64,000 nucleotides of DNA from Bacteriovoracaceae bacterium (GTDB lineage Bacteria; Bdellovibrionota; Bacteriovoracia; Bacteriovoracales; Bacteriovoracaceae), in the NCBI GenBank assembly GCA_018649885.1, contig JABIHA010000086.1:62001-126000 (forward strand), given 5' to 3'. The position numbers and the translations under genes were made by a program. Below are positions 59,574 to 64,000 of this stretch, one piece after another. Within the stretch, counting starts at the first letter, position 1; each line of letters begins with the position of its first letter. The notes under the pieces were generated by a model. That model ran no database searches. It saw nothing but the letters and a program-made list of their open reading frames with translations, and had not been told where the DNA came from.

Positions 59574-59805
59574 ATAAAACCTAGCTTTTGGTTCAGGCAT
59601 TCATAATAAGTCTTTCAATAGGTGGATTGTCCCTTACTGGGATTTCAATTTCAACGAAATAGTTGAACAAAGAAGATGGGCACAAAGCGATATTAAGTAG
59701 TTGTCTGTAAGCATATTTTTCCACCTGGGTCCTGCGGGCTAATGATAGAGAGGTAAACAGCCGAAATATATGGAGCAAATCCTTTAAGGTAGGAGAGTTA
59801 AGCTC

Positions 59806-60276
59806 ATGGCAGAAGAACTTAAAATCATCAATTTTGTTGAAAAAAGAGAAAAGTTAATTGAACAAAAAAGAAGGAACTTCGAACGTATTATGTTTGAAAA
59901 CTTCTTGGGTTGTTACTCAGTCATTGATGACAATGGAACTATTTTTGAAATCTCACTTGTGGATATTTCTGCAGAAGGAATTCAGTTTCAAGTCCCTTGG
60001 AATGGAAAAAACAGTGAGAAAGAAAAGTTTACTATTGGAGAGGAGCTGGGGATTCGGATCTACTTCACCCAAACCTCATATATTCCTGCAGTCATCCAGG
60101 TTCGGCATGAAGGCGAGTGGACAGATGAGCGGGGACAGAAATTTTTGCGCTACGGGGCGGAGTTTGACCAGGACACAGTGAGTTATGAGGCCCTTTTATG
60201 CTTTGTAAACTTCATTACTAAGTTTGCAGAGCACTCTGTTGAAGATAAAGGGGACTCCAAAGTCTATTTCTTCTAG
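59806..60276 (+). CDS. Standalone PilZ-domain protein
   Basis: RNFER (RxxxR), DISAEG, YGAEF. Confidence 0.8.
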   Translation: MAEELKIINFVEKREKLIEQKRRNFERIMFENFLGCYSVIDDNGTIFEISLVDISAEGIQFQVPWNGKNSEKEKFTIGEELGIRIYFTQTSYIPAVIQVRHEGEWTDERGQKFLRYGAEFDQDTVSYEALLCFVNFITKFAEHSVEDKGDSKVYFF

Positions 60277-60310
60277 AATAATTTTGTTATATTGATATTC
60301 CTAAAATGAT

Positions 60311-60339
60311 GAGGGGAGGCATTAGCCTCCCCTCTTTTT
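60311..60339 (+). terminator. Intrinsic terminator
   Basis: GAGGGGAGGC-ATTA-GCCTCCCCTC-TTTTT. Confidence 0.85.
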
Positions 60340-60363
60340 ATTGTTTTAAAACTAGGAATAGCT

Positions 60364-61527
60364 GTGAAGGTTGCCATCATTGGTGGACATCCCTATGGGT
60401 TAATTTTGGGCGCAAGACTTCTTGAAGTGGGCGCAAGCGTTTCGGTCTTTGGTAGTGATAGGCCTTGTGCTTCTGTTTTTTTTGAGCGCACTCATACTCC
60501 AGTCGCCACCTGGGCAAATATGGTTGAAAATGCCATTGCCGTTTTGGGGAAAGCAGATTGCTTTATCACCAATGATATTAAAAGAATCCATAAAAGACAT
60601 TTAAGAAACTATGAGACTCCTCAGAGCTCTAGTAGGATGATTGATTTATTTAGAGTGGTCTATGAATCAAGACCGAGTTCTTTAACAAGTGATGAAGTTT
60701 CTAATATTGAAGCTATTGATAGAAATATTGTAACTCACCTTTCAACAGCGGTTGAGTTATTTAAAGATTATGATTTTATTGTTGATGCCAGAGGGAGCTT
60801 TTTCAAAAGAAGTTTTTTAGGAGGGTGTTTCCCTGCACTTGGTGAAGACCAGAGTATGGAGCACCTTGACCCATATTGGGGAGAGAATTTAGAAGAAGCA
60901 GTGGCCTCACTTCAAGTTTCTGATGGTGAAAATATATTTGTTTATGGAGATTCCTCTCTTAGCGCCACTATCATTCCACTGCTCTGGGAAAAAGTTTTAA
61001 AACCTAGAGACTCAAAATTAATTTTGGTTTCTGAGTGTCAAAGTCCATTTTCAAAAGTTGCACCTTTTCTTAAAGATGCAGTGGAGAAAGTGCGACTTGA
61101 AAACCATGAGCTTTTCGAGAATGGGAAAAGAGAGTATGAAAGAGCTCTTTTTGAATACAGAAGTTTGGAGCCTAACGAAAAGCAGGGCGTGACGACTCCG
61201 GTGTCACCACACTCAAAATTACAAGGATTCTGGGGATATAATATCAGCAGTGTCGATTATTTAACGGATAGAGAAAAAGCTTATCTAACTCTTGAAAAAC
61301 CATCTTTTAGGGGAAGTGAAGAACTGAAGACAATTGCTGTGGACCATTTATTTATTGGGGATCCAGTGTCTGCGGAGCGCGATCAGCTCTATCATGGAAT
61401 GAGTGGTAGTGAAGAGCCAGGATGGTATATCTTGGGAGAGCAAAATTTGAATATTGATGGAATTGAAAACGTTTTAGAAAAAACAATGGAAGATATGATG
61501 ACATATTTTAAAAAGGTGGAAGCTTGA
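60364..61527 (+). CDS. Divergent FAD/NAD-dependent oxidoreductase-like protein
   Basis: KVAIIGGHPYG Rossmann-like start, VDARG, second GDSSLSA motif, EPGWYILG. Confidence 0.55.
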   Translation: MKVAIIGGHPYGLILGARLLEVGASVSVFGSDRPCASVFFERTHTPVATWANMVENAIAVLGKADCFITNDIKRIHKRHLRNYETPQSSSRMIDLFRVVYESRPSSLTSDEVSNIEAIDRNIVTHLSTAVELFKDYDFIVDARGSFFKRSFLGGCFPALGEDQSMEHLDPYWGENLEEAVASLQVSDGENIFVYGDSSLSATIIPLLWEKVLKPRDSKLILVSECQSPFSKVAPFLKDAVEKVRLENHELFENGKREYERALFEYRSLEPNEKQGVTTPVSPHSKLQGFWGYNISSVDYLTDREKAYLTLEKPSFRGSEELKTIAVDHLFIGDPVSAERDQLYHGMSGSEEPGWYILGEQNLNIDGIENVLEKTMEDMMTYFKKVEA

Positions 61528-62279
61528 AGAAGGTAATTTCTGTTTTGGCCTTCATGGTATTATTTGGCTGTACTTCACCTTCTGTTAAAAACTCAAAGCG
61601 GAAAAAAATTGGAGAGGTCTTTTCATCAGTGGGTATCTCTCAGTATTTTTTGGGGCCTGTTCCCAAATGGGCAAACTTTTCAACCTCAGGGTCTTGCTTC
61701 ATAAAAAACCCTGTCAGATATGTTGATCTTCCAAAACTTCAGCATAGTTTTAATCTGTCCTATCAGCAGTCGATTCAATTTCAAAGCGTTTACCACAAGC
61801 TGCTGCGGTCTTCGACCACTAAAGCTGGGATGCATTATCTTTCTCTAAAAGAAGAGGAGTTGCTCTTTTATAATGCTGTAGAAAAGGTTGAAAGTCGTTT
61901 AGATGGCTTTATGGCCCCTACATACAAAAAGGTTCATATCTATTGGATCGATTCCATTTGGAACTGGAAGGCTACAAAGCTTCGACGGTTTTTAGAAAGA
62001 GGTTCCAATGTAGGAGGCCACCCCGTATTTTTATCTCTTTGTCACGACTCAGTTGAAGTTGAAAAATTTCTAGTGGTGAAAAAAATTGATGATCTTAATA
62101 TTAGAGTAATTGGAAATGATATGTTTACTCCTTTTGATTTTAAAGGAAATAGAATCCCTGGATTTTATTTGAAACTCGATACATTTTTTAATAAAAAACA
62201 GAAATTGGTTTTTTATTCGAGTGGAGGAGAGTTTCCGTTTGAAGTTGGTGGAATAGAAAGTATCAAAAAAATAAAATAA
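61524..62279 (+). CDS. Hypothetical lipoprotein
   Basis: Lipobox LFGC; TTG overlapping upstream stop. Confidence 0.7.
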   Translation: MKKVISVLAFMVLFGCTSPSVKNSKRKKIGEVFSSVGISQYFLGPVPKWANFSTSGSCFIKNPVRYVDLPKLQHSFNLSYQQSIQFQSVYHKLLRSSTTKAGMHYLSLKEEELLFYNAVEKVESRLDGFMAPTYKKVHIYWIDSIWNWKATKLRRFLERGSNVGGHPVFLSLCHDSVEVEKFLVVKKIDDLNIRVIGNDMFTPFDFKGNRIPGFYLKLDTFFNKKQKLVFYSSGGEFPFEVGGIESIKKIK

Positions 62280-62283
62280 TTAG

Positions 62284-62388
62284 TATACTGAAGTGATTTA
62301 GGTTTTCCAGTGAGTGGATGACGAGGAAGGCGTGTAGTACACTCCGACGAGGAATACGCCACTGGAAAGCCTAAATCACTTCAGTATA
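62284..62388 (+). mobile_element. 101-bp palindromic MITE-like repeat, copy 2, flanked by TA
   Basis: 29-bp inverted arms including terminal TA (28/29); same core as 2548-2594 in opposite orientation. Confidence 0.75.
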
Positions 62389-62400
62389 ATGGAGGTTAGA

Positions 62401-62916
62401 ATGAAATGTGATTACAAAGAGGAACTAGACCGAGTAAATGTAAAATTTGAAACAAGTCTGGGAGAGTTTGAAGCTGAGTTATATGCCAAAGAATGCCCCG
62501 AAACAGTTTGGAATTTTATTAACCTGGCAGAAGGAAGACAAGAAAGTAAAAGAGAAGGCAATTATTATGATGGCCTGATTTTTCATCGTGTTATTGAAGG
62601 TTTTATGATCCAAGGCGGATGTCCAGATGGAACTGGTATGGGCGGTCCAGATTATCGCTTTGAAGATGAGTTTCACCCTGAGTTAATTCATGACTGTGAA
62701 GGAATATTTTCTATGGCCAATGCAGGGCCGGGGACAAATGGCTCACAGTTTTTTATTACTCTTGCTCCAACCCCCCATTTAAATAATAGACATACCGTAT
62801 TTGGAAAAGTTGTTAAGGGGATGGATGTTGTGAGAGCTATTGGAGTCGTCCAAACAGGTTTTCAAGATAGGCCAGCTGAAGATGTTGTTATTAACAAGTT
62901 AAGCGTTCTTAGATAA
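62401..62916 (+). CDS. Cyclophilin-type peptidyl-prolyl cis-trans isomerase
   Basis: FHRVIEGFMIQGG, SMANAGPGTNGSQFFIT, HTVFG; GGAGG RBS. Confidence 0.95.
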   Translation: MKCDYKEELDRVNVKFETSLGEFEAELYAKECPETVWNFINLAEGRQESKREGNYYDGLIFHRVIEGFMIQGGCPDGTGMGGPDYRFEDEFHPELIHDCEGIFSMANAGPGTNGSQFFITLAPTPHLNNRHTVFGKVVKGMDVVRAIGVVQTGFQDRPAEDVVINKLSVLR

Positions 62917-62917
62917 T

Positions 62918-63586
62918 TTGCACTGTAGTGCTAAAGAGGTTTATCAGAAGTTATTAAAACTGCATGGGCCACAGGGATGGTGGCCTCTGTTTCATCTTGA
63001 AAAAGATGGTGGTTATCATATCGGTGATTATAGCTATCCTCGAAATGAAAGTGAAAAATTTGAGGTTTGTGTCGGCGCTATTTTAACTCAAAATACCACA
63101 TTTAAAAATGTTGAAAAATGTTTGGCCTTACTCCATCAAAACGGTATTTGTGATCCCAGTAGTCTTCTAAAGGCAAGTTCTCAGCTTGTTATAGAGTCAA
63201 TTAGACCTTCTGGTTATTTTAATCAAAAATTTAAGAAGCTTCTTATTTTTTCAGAATTTTTCATCAGTCTTAAACAAGAAACCCCTTCGCGCGAACAACT
63301 TTGTGGGCTCTGGGGCATTGGTCCTGAAACGGCAGACTCCATACTTCTTTATGCTTATGAGGTTCCGATTTTTGTTGTTGATGCCTATACACAACGAATT
63401 TTCTCCCACTTAGGCTTCGTACAAGGGTCTTTCAACTACAGTCGACTTCAAAGCTACTTCATGGACCAGTTAGGATCTGACGTGGAGCTTTTTCAAGAGT
63501 ACCACGCGCTGATTGTGGCCCATGCTAAGAGCTTTTATGCTCGCAAGCCCTATGGTGCCAGCTGTCCCCTTTTAAATAAGTATTGA
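62918..63586 (+). CDS. Endonuclease III-related HhH-GPD DNA glycosylase
   Basis: GWWP, GAILTQNT, GIGPETADSILLY, FVVDAYT, EYHALIV. Confidence 0.9.
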   Translation: MHCSAKEVYQKLLKLHGPQGWWPLFHLEKDGGYHIGDYSYPRNESEKFEVCVGAILTQNTTFKNVEKCLALLHQNGICDPSSLLKASSQLVIESIRPSGYFNQKFKKLLIFSEFFISLKQETPSREQLCGLWGIGPETADSILLYAYEVPIFVVDAYTQRIFSHLGFVQGSFNYSRLQSYFMDQLGSDVELFQEYHALIVAHAKSFYARKPYGASCPLLNKY

Positions 63587-63722
63587 CTCTAATTTCAAGT
63601 GCTTAGAGTGTTATCAAACTGTGAACCTGTAATAACTGCAAGGATTTTAAAACCATTATGACGCAGGTTGTTGTTGTTGTATGATCCCTTCAAATTTATA
63701 ATGACTATACGGGGGTCTAAGC

Positions 63723-64000
63723 ATGCATATCTCACACAATCAGTGGGCAAAGAAAGTGCTATTTTTCATGATATCACTACTCATTTCAACTCAATTGGCC
63801 TTTAGTTCTGCAGGAAATATCCCCGTAAGAAAAGTCGACAAGCTATTCAAAAGTTTTGGTGTAGGTGTTGAATACAGCTATCAGTCTTTCAAAAATTTGG
63901 AAAAAGAGTTTGGTAAGAGGCTTACTAAAACCAATGATGATATTGGGACGGAAAACAAAGCTCTTAAAAAGGCTGAGAGAAAGCTAGAAGAGGCTAAGAA
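63723..64000 (+). CDS. Secreted hypothetical protein, 3'-truncated by window edge
   Basis: Open frame MHISHNQWAKKVLFFMISLLISTQLAFSSAG... to the window end; GGGGG upstream. Confidence 0.6.
   Translation, partial: MHISHNQWAKKVLFFMISLLISTQLAFSSAGNIPVRKVDKLFKSFGVGVEYSYQSFKNLEKEFGKRLTKTNDDIGTENKALKKAERKLEEAK

Noticed and set aside
59601..59805. Possible c-di-GMP-I riboswitch upstream of the PilZ gene (GAAA-containing hairpin, GGGCACAAAGC)
   Set aside because: The GGCAAA junction and P1/P2 pairing could not be built; an Infernal scan would be needed.

Overview
AT-rich, densely coding bacterial chromosome segment with about 60 CDSs. I found no rRNA, tRNA, CRISPR array, transposase, integrase or prophage. 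The gene content includes many secreted proteases and peptidoglycan enzymes, a Csd6/Bd1075-like LD-peptidase beside a bactofilin, PilZ/GGDEF/degenerate HD-GYP proteins and a Gld-type ABC exporter. This suggests a predatory Bdellovibrionota (Bacteriovorax/Halobacteriovorax-like) genome, which is an inference and not a database result. Housekeeping genes include nadE, trmFO, nrnA, tdk, hpt, mltA, smpB, dacB, arsC and a cyclophilin. The most notable signals are: (1) a dispersed 101-bp palindromic element (2521-2621, 62286-62386, remnant 29404-29421) with a conserved 47-nt core, whose 27-bp arms differ between copies yet stay base-paired, with all mismatches G-U on one strand; (2) a LiuR-box-controlled acyclic-terpene-utilisation-like (atuC/F/D/E/G) operon containing a BKACE/DUF849 enzyme; (3) a LysR-controlled ferritin-like diiron protein plus polyprenol/phytol-kinase pair; (4) a perfect 40-bp hairpin between convergent genes; (5) a repeat-rich structured tract downstream of an HNH nuclease. 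All product calls come from motif recognition by eye.
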